Source: Diplonema japonicum (Eukaryota > Protista > Euglenozoa: Diplonemea). From it: a stretch of DNA of 64,000 bases. Below the pieces are notes generated by a model. The model saw only the letters and a list, made by a program, of their open reading frames with translations, did no database searches and had not been told where the DNA came from. Both the position numbers and the translations under genes were made by a program. The stretch spans positions 248,001-312,000 of the forward strand of contig OZ025705.1 in assembly GCA_964019335.1 (NCBI GenBank), in the 5' to 3' direction. Below are positions 63,900 to 64,000 of this stretch, in pieces; the stretch's first letter is position 1; every line of letters begins with the position of its first letter.

Positions 63900-64000
63900 T
63901 CAGCCTCCATTAGCGTCTCTAAGCTTCGTCATCAGACTCCTGCCGTCGTATTCATCCTCGCTATCCTCTGCACTGTCATATGACTGTGGTGGGACTGATG
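63900..64000 (-). CDS. Probable 3' end of an upstream gene (partial)
   Basis: Open frame SVPPQSYDSAEDSEDEYDGRSLMTKLRDANGG* with coding-like composition, running off the window edge. Confidence 0.4.
   Translation of the reverse strand, partial: SVPPQSYDSAEDSEDEYDGRSLMTKLRDANGG

Overview
Eukaryotic genomic DNA, almost certainly euglenozoan. It carries KMP-11, a cathepsin-L with a cruzipain-type C-terminal extension and beta-tubulin ending in EQY; short GT-AG cis-introns favour a diplonemid over a trypanosomatid (inference). All ~24 credible host genes lie on the minus strand, consistent with one polycistron-like unit. Left half (1-33 kb): five virtually identical beta-tubulin CDSs strictly alternate with passenger genes (three identical copies of a secreted 1556-aa six-Cys-repeat protein and two CYP86/CYP704-like P450 paralogues). 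It also holds a 7243-bp tandem duplication, a decayed long-TIR DNA transposon and MITEs. Middle (33-52 kb): three KMP-11 copies are interleaved with a mostly secreted chitin/cuticle-digestion toolkit: two bacterial-type AA10 LPMOs (one with a single in-frame TAG), a GH18 chitinase and a non-catalytic two-module poly-Ser protein. These four share a novel 8-Cys CBM1-like tail. A cathepsin-L, an LVIVD propeller protein, two SnoaL-like proteins and a Cys-type GST sit among them. Right end (52-64 kb): single-copy genes encoding an FHA+DysF protein, a TH1-like protein, a Costars-domain coiled-coil protein and a voltage-sensing-phosphatase-like protein, some with tiny A-rich introns. All family assignments come from motif recognition, not database searches.
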